This document shows, piece by piece, positions 30,013-40,722 of a DNA stretch of 64,000 nt. The DNA is from Candidatus Sabulitectum sp. (GTDB lineage Bacteria; Fermentibacterota; Fermentibacteria; Fermentibacterales; JCC-6). The stretch lies in contig JAIOSV010000089.1 in NCBI GenBank assembly GCA_021107435.1, positions 111,347-175,346 on the forward strand, written 5' to 3'. The position numbers and the translations under genes are program-made. Position 1 is the stretch's first letter; each line of letters starts with the position of its first letter. Below the pieces are notes generated by a model that searched no databases, had not been told where the DNA came from, and saw only the letters and a list, made by a program, of their open reading frames with translations.

Positions 30013-32772
30013 TCAGAATCTCAGCCTTAAATACATCTCTGAATCCAGTTTCTTCCAACTTTCAACCACAGGCGTGCGGGTGTAATCCAGCGAAGTACCG
30101 AAAACCAGTGAAATCCGTCCAGGCAGATCGAATTCAAGTTCTCCCACTGCATTGGCAACAATTTTAGTCATGTCCTTCGGCGGAAGATAGATACTTCCCG
30201 AAAGCCACAATGAAGGAAACCAGGACACAACACTTGAAGCCCATGTACTCAAAGATGCATAGGCTGTTAACTCATCTGTTCTTCCCTGATCTGTGCTCCA
30301 TTTCGTGTTAACAAGACCCGCTCCGGTTTCCGGAGCAATCCATATCCACGAGGCTGGCCAGCTTTTCCAACCAGCAGCCAGGTAAGAACTCACCTGCCAT
30401 GGACGTACTGTTATAGGCTGCCGATCCCAGCTGGAGCTGGCTCCTGCATATAAATGATCGGTGAGAAAATGTTCTGCGGAAAGAGAAGCCCAGGCAGTCC
30501 TGCGAATATCTTTTCCATCCTTTATCTCCGATCTGGCACTGGTCTCAAAGGAAACGGAACTGCCCATTCGGCCAAAGCTCCTTGAAATGCTACCGCCGCC
30601 GCCGTAGTACTGCTCGTCAATGTTACCGCCTGTGGAAGACAGGTCAATCCAGAGATTCCAGCTGAATGGACTAAAACTCCTTCTTTTAAGCCCTGGATCG
30701 TAGTCCTCACCGCTGATATACCGGAGCCTGCTCTCAGCATAAGAATAGCCCGGTTCTATCCGCAGGGCTTCCAGATACCGATCAAGTGCTCCCTCGGGAT
30801 TTCCGCGGTTTTCCTCAATCAAACCCAGATAGCAGATTGCATAGACTGAAGCAGGATTTCTTTCGACAACTTGCAGAAGAAGCTCTTCAGCTCTTGTCAA
30901 TTGATCATCAAAGAGATGCGCTTCTGCAAGCGATGTTGTCAGTATCTCGTTCCACGGGTAGAAATCATACGCATTTGCAAGCAGCTCAATTGCCTGCTCA
31001 ATCATTTCTTCTTCGTAGTAGTAGTCTGCGATGCTCACGGCAACTTGATAATCGTCTGTTTCCAGCCCTGCCGCCAATTCGTAGCACAGCTTCCTGTCCC
31101 AGTATCTTTCCAGAACCCGGTACAGCTCACCAAGGTTGATGATTTCCCAGGGGGTATCCGGAAGAAACAGAAATGCTCTATCGGCAAAGTCATGAGATAA
31201 TGAAATATAGTGGCCATCATAAGCACTCCACCCGGCAGAAATCCAGGCATCCTGCCACGTGTTCGATATTTCTTCCGAAAGAGAATCCGTGTTTTCTCCT
31301 TTGGTTTCCAGGAGCAGTATCCTTTCTGCTGCGACAACCCCGGAATCCCCGCTTAAAAGCAGATATTGATCAAGGGAAGAAAGCGCCTCATCGGGCTCAC
31401 CGATAATCCGCTGAACTCTGGCAAGGTCAAGCCACATTGAGGAATACTCCTGATCAAGTTCCAGAGCTCTGGAAAAGCAGTGTTCGGCGGAATCAATCAA
31501 TAATTCAGCTACTGCCATGCTGCCGAGTTCCCCCCATATCCATGGATCGCCGTTCTCCAGAACAAAAAGGGCTTCACTGTACCATTCCGCTGCGGTATGG
31601 CTTTCACCACCAATGTTAAAAAGATCTCCTCTGCGCTGCCAGCCGTAAAGGTATTGCGGATCAATTGAAATACTGGTTTCATAAACCTCAGCAGCCTCGG
31701 AATACATTCCTCTGCTTTCAAGCACCCACCCCAGCTCACCGTACAACCATGGTTCAGGATCAAGTTCTATACATTTTCGCAGAGCAGACTCGGCTCCCGG
31801 GAAGTTCTCTTCGGATTCATAGAGAAAAGCAAGTTCCTGCCAGGCCTGCAAGTAGTTTGAATCCAGCAGAACTGCCTGCTCAAGCAGTTCTCTGGCATAA
31901 ATGGGATCTGTATTCAGCCTGAGCTTTGCAAGCTGGAAAAGAGACCAGGGATTGTCGGGAGAAAACTCGAGAGAGCATTGAAAAAAACTGTCTGCGAGAT
32001 CAGGCCTGCCCTGATCCAGCATACAAGACGCAAGTTTGCTCCATGCCCATCCGTATTCCGGTCGGATCTGCAGCACCTCCCTGTAAACTTTGATAGCTTC
32101 TCCGTTCATCTTGATACCCTCAAGAAGGAGACCAAGGGATGAGTAAGTCGGGACTCTTGCGGGGTCCTGCTGAATAACCTCTCTGTAAACAGCTATGGCT
32201 CTGAGGGCATCTCCCGACTCTTCGAGAGCCTGACCATACTGATAGAGAAGGGGAATACAATCCGGCAGGCGTCGTACACCTTCTTCTGAAACAACCAGAG
32301 CATCACCAGTCCTGCCTTCATCAATGAGCGCCATGGACAGAGTGAGCCATGCAGGACCGAATGAAGAATCCGCCCCCAGTGAAGCATTAGAGTGAATCAC
32401 AGCTTCCGCGCTGTTTCCCGTAGAAAGCAGCCAGTAGCTGTATGCCTCGCTGAGAACAGCATCAGTACCAATAGCAAGTCGAAAGGCTTTCGAGAACAGG
32501 CTATCCATTATGGTTGAATCCTGCCGCATCCCCACAAAGGCAAGGGCCGTCCATGTTCTGTAGTCTGTACTGTCCAGCGCAACAGCTTCCCCGGCAGTTC
32601 TCAACGGATCTCCTGTACCGTTTCCAAACTGTGAAATAGCTTTCACTGCGAGATCGACAGCTGAATCGCCATATCGGGAGGATACACGCTCCATGTTGTC
32701 CCAGTTCAACTGAGAGTATTCCTGATACCAGTCTACAGGCCAGGCGGACAACAATGTCAGTAGGAAAATCAA
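30013..32772 (-). CDS. outer-membrane protein: periplasmic TPR array plus C-terminal beta-barrel (PgaA/BcsC/PelB-like architecture)
   Basis: Signal peptide MIFLLTLLSAWPVDW. About 650 aa of TPR-like helical repeats. The last ~250 aa show an alternating hydrophobic pattern and end in ...EMYLRLRF. The terminal aromatic is typical of beta-barrel OMPs. Confidence 0.55.
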   Translation of the reverse strand: MIFLLTLLSAWPVDWYQEYSQLNWDNMERVSSRYGDSAVDLAVKAISQFGNGTGDPLRTAGEAVALDSTDYRTWTALAFVGMRQDSTIMDSLFSKAFRLAIGTDAVLSEAYSYWLLSTGNSAEAVIHSNASLGADSSFGPAWLTLSMALIDEGRTGDALVVSEEGVRRLPDCIPLLYQYGQALEESGDALRAIAVYREVIQQDPARVPTYSSLGLLLEGIKMNGEAIKVYREVLQIRPEYGWAWSKLASCMLDQGRPDLADSFFQCSLEFSPDNPWSLFQLAKLRLNTDPIYARELLEQAVLLDSNYLQAWQELAFLYESEENFPGAESALRKCIELDPEPWLYGELGWVLESRGMYSEAAEVYETSISIDPQYLYGWQRRGDLFNIGGESHTAAEWYSEALFVLENGDPWIWGELGSMAVAELLIDSAEHCFSRALELDQEYSSMWLDLARVQRIIGEPDEALSSLDQYLLLSGDSGVVAAERILLLETKGENTDSLSEEISNTWQDAWISAGWSAYDGHYISLSHDFADRAFLFLPDTPWEIINLGELYRVLERYWDRKLCYELAAGLETDDYQVAVSIADYYYEEEMIEQAIELLANAYDFYPWNEILTTSLAEAHLFDDQLTRAEELLLQVVERNPASVYAICYLGLIEENRGNPEGALDRYLEALRIEPGYSYAESRLRYISGEDYDPGLKRRSFSPFSWNLWIDLSSTGGNIDEQYYGGGGSISRSFGRMGSSVSFETSARSEIKDGKDIRRTAWASLSAEHFLTDHLYAGASSSWDRQPITVRPWQVSSYLAAGWKSWPASWIWIAPETGAGLVNTKWSTDQGRTDELTAYASLSTWASSVVSWFPSLWLSGSIYLPPKDMTKIVANAVGELEFDLPGRISLVFGTSLDYTRTPVVESWKKLDSEMYLRLRF

Positions 32773-33215
32773 TTTTTTCTCTCCTTGCCGGTTACACTAT
32801 CAATTCGTATTGCGATGATGCCTGTTCTTTTCGCCATTTCCTCTGTAATCACGGAAGAGCTGCCCAGATACTCCACACATATCATTTCAAGAACCCTTTT
32901 TACCATATCGATATCAGAAACAAAAACAGCGGTTCCCCAGGCAATAACACTTTTGTAGTAAGTTGTCTTTTTCTCTGTGCTAACTCCGTACATTTCATCA
33001 AACTCAAGACATACTCCTGGCTCTGCTCTCATTGCCTCTGCTTTTCGCCCTTCAAGAGCACAGTGGAAATAAACAGTACCATTACTGTAAACAAAGTTCA
33101 GCGGAACTACATAAGGCTCCCCTCTGGAAATCATACCAAGCCTGACCACAGAACATTCCATTATGAATTTATCAATTTTATCTCTTGAAATGATTTCTCT
33201 CTCTTTCAGTCTCAC
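32769..33215 (-). CDS. pyridoxamine 5'-phosphate oxidase-like FMN-binding family protein
   Basis: 148 aa with the split-barrel PNPOx-like pattern (VVRLGMISRGEPYVVPLNFVYSNGTVYFHCALEGRK). It overlaps both neighbours by 4 nt, so it is operonic. Confidence 0.6.
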   Translation of the reverse strand: MRLKEREIISRDKIDKFIMECSVVRLGMISRGEPYVVPLNFVYSNGTVYFHCALEGRKAEAMRAEPGVCLEFDEMYGVSTEKKTTYYKSVIAWGTAVFVSDIDMVKRVLEMICVEYLGSSSVITEEMAKRTGIIAIRIDSVTGKERKN

Positions 33216-33992
33216 TTACTGTCCCCACACTGTAAAAGTCAGCCCTGCAAGTGCTACGGTCCAGCAGTACCAGGCAAAGCCTGTGAGTTTTCCCTGTTTG
33301 ACAAACTTAACAAGAAGGGAAAGAGCTCCGAATCCCACCACGGCAGACACAAGAAAGCCAATAATTATGTTACTGAACGGGATATTCCAGCTGGCCGATG
33401 GGAGTTCCTTAACTGCAGCTCCCAGTATGGCGGGTATGGCCAGAAGGAACGAGAATCTGGCTGCTTCCTCTCTTGAAAGCCCCGCGAAAAGACCTGTACA
33501 GATAGTGGTTCCTGAACGGGAGACTCCAGGCAGAATTGCAAGAGCCTGAGCCAGCCCGACAAGCACACCCCTGTTAAAAGTAATTCCCGGTTTCCTGACG
33601 GCAGAGATTCTGCCGGACAGGAAAAGGAATGTTCCTGTGAATATCAGAGCACCGGAAACAAATAACATATTGCTGCGAAGGCTTTCTATAAAATCACCGA
33701 ACAGCAAACCCGCAACGGCCACAGGTATCGTTCCCGCCGCAAGGGTAAGACCAAGAACAACACTCTTTTTCTCCCGGAGAACGATACCACGAAGCAGTAT
33801 AACAATATCTTTCCAGTAGAAAACAAACACAGCCACAAGGGTGCCGAGGTGAAGGATAATGTCAAAAGCCAGCCCGCCCTCGGGAACATCCAGCAGATTT
33901 GATGCCATGGCGAGATGCCCGGAGCTGGAAACTGGAAGAAATTCTGTCAAACCCTGAACTACAGCCAGAATTGAAGCTTCAAGTGGATTCAT
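33216..33992 (-). CDS. uppP: undecaprenyl-diphosphate phosphatase
   Basis: MNPLEASILAVVQGLTEFLPVSSSGHL is the BacA/UppP signature with multiple TMs. Confidence 0.9.
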   Translation of the reverse strand: MNPLEASILAVVQGLTEFLPVSSSGHLAMASNLLDVPEGGLAFDIILHLGTLVAVFVFYWKDIVILLRGIVLREKKSVVLGLTLAAGTIPVAVAGLLFGDFIESLRSNMLFVSGALIFTGTFLFLSGRISAVRKPGITFNRGVLVGLAQALAILPGVSRSGTTICTGLFAGLSREEAARFSFLLAIPAILGAAVKELPSASWNIPFSNIIIGFLVSAVVGFGALSLLVKFVKQGKLTGFAWYCWTVALAGLTFTVWGQ

Positions 33993-35239
33993 TCTATAAA
34001 CTCCCTGTGCAGTTCCTGAAGCGCGCTGTCCCTCTGATCAAGAAGAACCAGTGCGCTTATAGTAGCATGTGAATCCACCGTTTGCAGGGCATTGATATCA
34101 ACCCGTTCAAGTGCTTCGCAGAACCTGGCCATAACCCCGGGAAGCCCATGCATTCCTGCTCCCACTATGGAAACCTTCACGCATGGGCTGATGGTCGTGT
34201 ACTGCAGATCCATTGAATCAAGAAGTTTCTTAAGCTCTCCGGTAGAATCCACAGGTACCGTAAATGCGGCAGAACAATTAAAAACACTGAACATATCCAT
34301 GGAGATCCCGCTGTCTGCGATCTTCCTGAACAGCCCGGCAAAGAAGAAAGAAGGTTTCCCTGAACCGGTAACAGTAAACCCTGTAACAACCTGTCCGGAT
34401 GCAACCCCAACAATGTATCTGGTGTTTTCAAGAGGTTCTGCAGCCACCTCAGTAACCATCTCTCCTGTGCGGAAAGATTTGATTTTCAGGGTCAAGGCAG
34501 ATGCCTGAGCGACCTCAGCGGCTCTGGGATGAACAACTTTTGCGCCATGCCATGCCATCTGCCTGAGATCTTCTGCTGAAATTATGTCCAGTTCCCGTGC
34601 AAATGGTACCTTCTCCGGATCAGCAGTGTAAACGGAATCAACCGTTTTGTAAAGAAGAACCTCATCAGCATCCAGCGCAACCCCCAGAACCACAGCGGAA
34701 GTGTCCGTTCCCCCTCGGCCCAGTGTGTTCAAATGACCCATTGGAGCCACACCCTGAAACCCGGAAATGACTACAACGTTGTACTTTGAAAGGGATTCTT
34801 GAATTCTGGCAGTATCTATACTGACTATCCGCGCGTTGCCTGATACTCCATCAGTGGATATCCCAGCTTCCCAGCCGGTGAGTGCTTCAGCACTGATACC
34901 ATTGTTCCGGAGGGCTGAAGCCATAACCAGCGCGCTTACAACCTCCCCGCAGATCATCAACCTGTCCTTCTCGCGAACGCTTGATTCAGTTGAAATAAGG
35001 TCAAGAAGAGTATCTGTAGCATACGGGTCCCCACTGCGTCCCATGGCGGACACAACTACAACCAGTTTTTCTGCCTCCTGAAGAAGGGAGCTGCAGTGGT
35101 TCGCTGCAGCACACCGATTCTCTTCAGTGGCCAGACTGGTTCCGCCGAATTTTGCAACCAGCAGTTTCTTCCGCAAGGCTAACAAACTCCCTTCCTGTAT
35201 CGCACCATGTAAAAAGCTTCCGGGCTCTCTCCCGGGCAT
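33989..35239 (-). CDS. aspartate kinase (monofunctional, two ACT domains)
   Basis: Kinase region LVAKFGGTSLATEEN...GRGGTDTSAVVLGVAL plus C-terminal ACT repeats. The start is uncertain. The ATG at 35239 overlaps the upstream GT gene by 116 nt. A TTG at 35176 with a GGAAGGGAG SD is an alternative. Confidence 0.8.
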   Translation of the reverse strand: MPGREPGSFLHGAIQEGSLLALRKKLLVAKFGGTSLATEENRCAAANHCSSLLQEAEKLVVVVSAMGRSGDPYATDTLLDLISTESSVREKDRLMICGEVVSALVMASALRNNGISAEALTGWEAGISTDGVSGNARIVSIDTARIQESLSKYNVVVISGFQGVAPMGHLNTLGRGGTDTSAVVLGVALDADEVLLYKTVDSVYTADPEKVPFARELDIISAEDLRQMAWHGAKVVHPRAAEVAQASALTLKIKSFRTGEMVTEVAAEPLENTRYIVGVASGQVVTGFTVTGSGKPSFFFAGLFRKIADSGISMDMFSVFNCSAAFTVPVDSTGELKKLLDSMDLQYTTISPCVKVSIVGAGMHGLPGVMARFCEALERVDINALQTVDSHATISALVLLDQRDSALQELHREFIE

Positions 35240-36281
35240 TGCTAGACATTTTTTTTCTCAATGTTCCGTTGTCAATAAGTATTCTCAAGTACCTGGCACA
35301 ACTCTCAACATCCCCCGGAGCCATCAGGTATCCATTGTCTCCGTGGGTAATCAGTTCAGGAACTGCCCCGGCATCAGCAGCGAGAACCGGCAGACCTGCC
35401 CACAAGGCTTCAGCCACCGCTATCCCATACCCCTCCCAGTGAGAAAGATTCGCAAGGATGTGGCTCTGATTATACATCTCGTAAAGGCCTTCAGTGAAAA
35501 GGTGACCTGTGAATGTAACCTTCCCGCCAAGTGAATCCGCCTCCTTTCGAACCGCTTCCGCGTAATCTCTGTCTGCTGTTTCATCTCCGAGAATAGACAG
35601 ATGGAAGTCCCTGTCTCCCAACATGGCGCACGCCTTTACCAGAGTAAGCTGATCTTTTCTGGAGCAGATAGTGCCCACAGAAAGAATTCGCACAGGTAGT
35701 TGCTTCGGTTCAGAATCAGTCCTGAACCGGTCAAAACCAGGCGGGATAACACAAAGTCTGCTCTCCGGAATTCCAAGGGAAATCACATCATCTGCTGTGC
35801 TTCTGCTGTTTACCCATATCTTTTTTCCGCAGGACAGGAACCAGCGAACAATGTTTTTCCGGAGATTGGAAACACCGCCTGCTCTGTCATGCCACTCAAG
35901 GTGATGAACCATGTACAGCACAGGATACCCCAGGGTGAAAAGTATCAACCTGAGAGGTGCCATGAAACTGTAGCTTTTACTGACCACAAGCAGATCAGGT
36001 CTGTTTCTCAGCACTCGTTTTAGAACATAAAAAGATCCGCGAATCCGAGAGCCCCTGAGCTTCTTCGGCATTGTGGTAAGATGAATTACATCAACTTCAT
36101 GCCCGGCCTTGCTCAATGCGCTGGCCATCTTAAAATTGAAGTAATACCCCCCCGTACTGTAATTTTTCAGTCCCAGCATAACAAATGATATTCTCAAATT
36201 ATCTCTTTCTATAAGCTTCCGCAGCGCCACAGAGCAATGCAGGAGTATAGCCAAGCATCGGATAAAAGTCACACTGCGCAA
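35124..36281 (-). CDS. glycosyltransferase family 4 (GT-B, retaining)
   Basis: C-terminal EGYGIAVAEALWAGLPVLAADAGAVPELI is the GT4 E-x7-E motif. The N-terminal start is uncertain. Confidence 0.8.
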   Translation of the reverse strand: MRSVTFIRCLAILLHCSVALRKLIERDNLRISFVMLGLKNYSTGGYYFNFKMASALSKAGHEVDVIHLTTMPKKLRGSRIRGSFYVLKRVLRNRPDLLVVSKSYSFMAPLRLILFTLGYPVLYMVHHLEWHDRAGGVSNLRKNIVRWFLSCGKKIWVNSRSTADDVISLGIPESRLCVIPPGFDRFRTDSEPKQLPVRILSVGTICSRKDQLTLVKACAMLGDRDFHLSILGDETADRDYAEAVRKEADSLGGKVTFTGHLFTEGLYEMYNQSHILANLSHWEGYGIAVAEALWAGLPVLAADAGAVPELITHGDNGYLMAPGDVESCARYLRILIDNGTLRKKMSSNARERARKLFTWCDTGREFVSLAEETAGCKIRRNQSGH

Positions 36282-36342
36282 AGAACCCGTGAAGAATTAT
36301 GTTCGGGCAGAGAGACACCTGGCGCAGGGAGGGAATTTGTCA

Positions 36343-37602
36343 ATGGACAGTGTCTGTATGGTGGTCAAGAATCGCCTTTCAAATGATGCCCGTGTAAAAA
36401 AGGAAATGGCAGCTCTTTCCGGAGACGGGTGGCATGTAACTGTAATCGCCATGCCTGAGACCGGCTTTCCGGAAGAAGAGAACAGAGATGGCATCCGCAT
36501 ATTGAGGCCTCCGGTATTCTCAAAGACAAAAGAAAATCTTCGCGGTCAAGTTGTTCAGGCTTCTGAAAAGACTGACACCTCTCTTAAAGCCAGAGCGATC
36601 AGATCTCTGAGAAGAAATAAACTCCGGAGATTTATTGCTGATCTCCAGCGGGACATCCCCTGGGAAAAAAGACTCTGGCGAGCTGCCTGGCAGGTTAACG
36701 CTGATGTATACCACGCGAATGATCTGGACACATTGCAAATCTGCGGCTCTGTCGCGGCAAAAAGAAATTCTAAACTTGTCTACGACAGCCACGAGCTGTG
36801 GCTGGAATCCTCCAGGTATCTTATCGCTACTCACCCTGTCAACCGGTTAAGACTGAAAAGAATAGAACAGCGATATGTTCCGAAGGCAGACGCGGTTATC
36901 GCTGTTACCCCCATGCGGGGCAAGAAGATGCGACAAATGTACCCCTCCATGAAAATCCTTGAAATTGTGGAAAACGCGCCGGAGAAACTCATTGAACTCC
37001 CCACCAGCGGCAGGCTCCGAGCTATGATTAATGCAGCACCCGACACTGTGATCGCCCTTTACCAGGGAGTTCTCTGCCCTGAAAGAGGTCTTGAAGAGCT
37101 GCTCAGCGCTGCAAAGCTCACTACTGACCCTGCTGTCAGATTCGTAATTATAGGCATGGACACATGGAATGGAACTCTTCAGGAAATGGCCCTGAACATG
37201 GGCTTGAAGGACAGAGTTGTATTTATTCCTCCTGTACCTTCAGAAGAGCTTCCGGAGATTACTGTGGACGCGGATATCGGATTCATTCTTTTCAGGAATA
37301 CCTGCCTGAACCACTATTACTCACTGCCAAACAAGCTTTACGAATACATGATGGCTGGAGTTCCCATAGTATCAAGTGATTTCCCTGAGCTGAAGAGGGT
37401 TCTGAATGAGGTGAAAAGCGGGATTACCGTTGATCCGGACTCCCCTGAATCTATATCCAATGCAGTTGACAAACTTGCGGGTGACCCTGCTATGCGAAAA
37501 AGGATGAAGAAAAACGGCAGAGCGGCCGCACTGGACAAATACAACTGGGAACCACAAAGCGATCTTCTCCGGAGCTTGTACAGAAAGCTGAGGCAGACAT
37601 GA
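36343..37602 (+). CDS. glycosyltransferase family 4
   Basis: The C-terminal YEYMMAGVPIVSSDFPELKRVL region is GT4-like. The ATG at 36343 has a GGGAGGG SD. The track start at 36289 would leave only 7 nt of divergent intergenic space. Confidence 0.75.
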   Translation: MDSVCMVVKNRLSNDARVKKEMAALSGDGWHVTVIAMPETGFPEEENRDGIRILRPPVFSKTKENLRGQVVQASEKTDTSLKARAIRSLRRNKLRRFIADLQRDIPWEKRLWRAAWQVNADVYHANDLDTLQICGSVAAKRNSKLVYDSHELWLESSRYLIATHPVNRLRLKRIEQRYVPKADAVIAVTPMRGKKMRQMYPSMKILEIVENAPEKLIELPTSGRLRAMINAAPDTVIALYQGVLCPERGLEELLSAAKLTTDPAVRFVIIGMDTWNGTLQEMALNMGLKDRVVFIPPVPSEELPEITVDADIGFILFRNTCLNHYYSLPNKLYEYMMAGVPIVSSDFPELKRVLNEVKSGITVDPDSPESISNAVDKLAGDPAMRKRMKKNGRAAALDKYNWEPQSDLLRSLYRKLRQT

Positions 37603-38867
37603 AGAGACTGATTCTCCTTACCTACACTTTTCCCCCTCTTTCATCAGGCGGTACCCCGGTTGTAATGAACATGTGCAGGTACCTTCCTGACAATGACTGG
37701 GAGGTAACAGTTGTTACTGTTGAAAATCCAAAGGGAATGAAAACAGACCCATCGCTTCTTCACGACCTTCCGAGAGACCTTAAGGTGATCAGAGTTCCGC
37801 ATGGGAGAAGCGGCACGGGAACAACTACTACCGCTGGAATCACACATGTAAACCCCCTCAGCAGAATGGTCAGATTTGTTGCCCACAACTACATTTTGAT
37901 ACCTGACAGAGTAATTACCTGGAGGAATCAGGTTCTTCCCGTACTGAAAAAGATCATCGCGGATGAAAAACCACACGCAATAATGTCGTTCGGCCCGCAT
38001 CACTCTCTGCACCTTATAGCCATCTCCGCTGCAAAAGAAACCGCGCTTCCTCTCATCCCGTTTTTCGGTGATCTGTGGCTGGAAGACAGCTACGTGGAAT
38101 GGCCCAGTCGCTTCAACAGGCTGGTTGAATCCCTTCTCGAAAGAAACGTTGTCCGCAAAGCAAGGGGAATTATTGCAACTACAGAGGCATCCACCGGCTA
38201 CTTCATAGACAGATACGAAAACATCTGCCCCCCTACCCATGTGAACGAAAACGCGTACGACCCTCGAAGAATTAAAAGGGCGGATTCGGAGGTGACAGAC
38301 CCGGAGCATCTAACTGCCGGATGGACAGGAAACTTTTTCGGTAACCATTCTCCCGGAGAGTTGCTGGAGGGACTTGAAATGTTTTATAAAAGAAACCCTC
38401 ATTCAAAGCTCAGAATAAAAATGGCAGGCAGCATTGACCCCATATCCCGGAAGAGGCTGAACCGTGTGCCTCTAAAGGATAAAGTTACACACTACGGTCA
38501 TCTCAAATGGGATAAAGTGCCTCCTTTTCAAAAAAATTGTGACATCCTTATAGGATATCTCAACCCCCGCAGAGGCAGTCATTATAAAAACGCCAGCAAG
38601 ACAGCTGAATATCTTGTCTCCGGAAGAACCATTCTTGGCATTGTTCCTGAAGGATCAATGGCTGAAAGAATAAGAAAACCGGGCAGAGGATACATAGTTC
38701 ATCCTGATGCGGAACAGATAGCAACAACACTTGAAAACATGGAATACCAGTGGAAAACATCCAATCTTCGAGTACCTGTTGACTATGCGAAAATTGAGGA
38801 AAGGTTTTCAGCAGTTAATGTAATGAAGAAAACTGCTGACTTCCTGAACAGAATGGCCGGTCCATGA
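37599..38867 (+). CDS. glycosyltransferase-like protein (GT4-type N-terminal domain)
   Basis: MKRLILLTYTFPPLSSGGTPVVMNMCRYL resembles the GT4 N-terminal Rossmann domain. The stop and start overlap (ATGA) with both neighbours. Confidence 0.5.
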   Translation: MKRLILLTYTFPPLSSGGTPVVMNMCRYLPDNDWEVTVVTVENPKGMKTDPSLLHDLPRDLKVIRVPHGRSGTGTTTTAGITHVNPLSRMVRFVAHNYILIPDRVITWRNQVLPVLKKIIADEKPHAIMSFGPHHSLHLIAISAAKETALPLIPFFGDLWLEDSYVEWPSRFNRLVESLLERNVVRKARGIIATTEASTGYFIDRYENICPPTHVNENAYDPRRIKRADSEVTDPEHLTAGWTGNFFGNHSPGELLEGLEMFYKRNPHSKLRIKMAGSIDPISRKRLNRVPLKDKVTHYGHLKWDKVPPFQKNCDILIGYLNPRRGSHYKNASKTAEYLVSGRTILGIVPEGSMAERIRKPGRGYIVHPDAEQIATTLENMEYQWKTSNLRVPVDYAKIEERFSAVNVMKKTADFLNRMAGP

Positions 38868-40087
38868 GGATACTGTATGTGCTCGGATTCCTTCCCCCGT
38901 ATATCACAAGAGAAATCGAGGCAATGGCAACCCGGGAACACAGTATTTCCGTTCTGCTTCCTGAAGACAGAAAGAATAGCGAAACAGCCGATTTCTGGAA
39001 CGGTATTTCTCAGTACCCGGAAACCAATTCTGTAGGAATACGAAGAAACTTGAAATTCAAGTACCTGACCTGCCCGCTGAAACAGCTGGCAGCACCGGCA
39101 TTCAGGTCTGTCCGATTTATTAAGACCCTCACAAGATCACTGAAAGAGAGGGAATTCAGATACTTCGTAATAGCCTCTGATGCAGTGACCGGAATGGATC
39201 ATCCCAGCAAACCGGATGTGATACATGCACACTTCGCGCAGGATCAGGCTCACATCGCGAGAATCATGGCATCTATTCTCAAGGTTCCATACACCGTAAC
39301 CACGCATGCTACAGATATATTCGTCCCAAAGTGCAAAACGAGATTGCGCAGGGTCCTCTGCGGGGCTTCCAGAGTTTTCACCATCTCCGAATACAATCTC
39401 AGTCGCCTTGCGGAATATGGACTAAATCGTGAGAATATAGTTGTGTCGCGACTGGGTCTGGATACTACAGAACTGCCTTACCGGAAAAAACCTTCTTCCC
39501 CTCCTGTGGCGGTTTGTACTGCAAGCGGACTTGTTCCCAAAAAGGGAGTACATGTACTCATTCAAGCCATGCGGTTGCTTCAACAGAGGAGAATCAATTG
39601 CAGGCTTACCGTAATCGGCTCAGATCCTGACGGTACAAAACTCGAAGAATACCGGAAGAATACCACAGATCTTCCAGTTGACTTTGTCGGCGTACTGAAC
39701 TCGAAAGAAACACTGGATGCTGTTTCAGCTGCCTCTTTCTTTGTTCTTCCCTGCATTGAGGCAGAGAACGGAGACAAAGATGGAATCCCTGTAGCTCTCA
39801 TAGAAGCTATGGGCATGGGCGTACCATGCATTTCCACCAGGATTTCCGGTATTCCTGAACTGATTGAGAACGATATCAGCGGCATTCTTGTAAAACCTGA
39901 ATCCCCTGAGGAACTTGCCGTCGCAATGACAACTCTGCTATCCGGAATAGAACTGGCAGACCGTCTGGGCAGCGCAGGCAGGAACAAAGTAATTGCCAAT
40001 CACTCCCCTGATAATCAGGCAGATATTCTTACAGCGAATCTAACTCAGATAGTGGCGGAGAATACGGTGAGAAAAACAGAAAAGTGA
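38864..40087 (+). CDS. glycosyltransferase family 4
   Basis: MRILYVLGFLPPYITREIEAM N-terminus. C-terminal DKDGIPVALIEAMGMGVPCISTRISGIPELIEN is the GT4 motif. Confidence 0.8.
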   Translation: MRILYVLGFLPPYITREIEAMATREHSISVLLPEDRKNSETADFWNGISQYPETNSVGIRRNLKFKYLTCPLKQLAAPAFRSVRFIKTLTRSLKEREFRYFVIASDAVTGMDHPSKPDVIHAHFAQDQAHIARIMASILKVPYTVTTHATDIFVPKCKTRLRRVLCGASRVFTISEYNLSRLAEYGLNRENIVVSRLGLDTTELPYRKKPSSPPVAVCTASGLVPKKGVHVLIQAMRLLQQRRINCRLTVIGSDPDGTKLEEYRKNTTDLPVDFVGVLNSKETLDAVSAASFFVLPCIEAENGDKDGIPVALIEAMGMGVPCISTRISGIPELIENDISGILVKPESPEELAVAMTTLLSGIELADRLGSAGRNKVIANHSPDNQADILTANLTQIVAENTVRKTEK

Positions 40088-40146
40088 TGGATATGACTCT
40101 CTACTCCATTGAAGACACAAACCTGTCGTACTGAAGGATTGAACAA

Positions 40147-40722
40147 ATGGCAGCTGATGCACCTATTAGTTCTGTTAACTGGCCTGATGAATTTCCAGTT
40201 CTGGAAACTGAGAGGTTATTGCTGCGCCAGGTTTCCACCAACGACACAGGCGACCTCTTCCGGTGCTACTCCGATCCTGAAGTTATGAAATACCTGGCAA
40301 CTCCTCTGGAGAATGAAGACGCAATCGGGGGCATCCTGGAAGACTACAAAGATGGTTTCAGCGAAGGGTACAACCTGATCTGGGCTCTTGATATCAAGGA
40401 AACAGGAGTCTTTGCCGGTACCGCCGGATTTGAGGAATTCAGTTTCCTTGACGGCAAAGCTGATATCGGCTTCAGCATGCTCCCGTCACATCAGGGAAAA
40501 GGATACATGGAAGAAGTTCTGCTTGAAATCATAAACTACGGTTTTCAGATATTAAGGATTAACAGGATCCAAACCACTGTTGTCCCGGAAAATATTCCAT
40601 CCGTAAAACTTCTGGGGAAACTGGGTTTCCACAGGGAAGGCTGCATGAAACAGAGTGTTTTCTTCAACAACAGTTATCATGACGAATTGATCATGGCTCT
40701 TCTGAGTAATACAGAGGAATAA
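40147..40722 (+). CDS. GNAT family N-acetyltransferase (RimJ/RimL-like)
   Basis: LLLRQVSTNDTGDLFRCYSDPEVMKYL and QGKGYMEEVLLEIINYGF are acetyl-CoA binding motifs. Confidence 0.75.
   Translation: MAADAPISSVNWPDEFPVLETERLLLRQVSTNDTGDLFRCYSDPEVMKYLATPLENEDAIGGILEDYKDGFSEGYNLIWALDIKETGVFAGTAGFEEFSFLDGKADIGFSMLPSHQGKGYMEEVLLEIINYGFQILRINRIQTTVVPENIPSVKLLGKLGFHREGCMKQSVFFNNSYHDELIMALLSNTEE

Noticed and set aside
35124-35239. 116-nt overlap between the GT and aspartokinase ORFs as a real overlapping-gene arrangement
   Set aside because: It is more likely that aspartokinase starts at the TTG at 35176 or another internal start. The ATG at 35239 is probably upstream of the true start.
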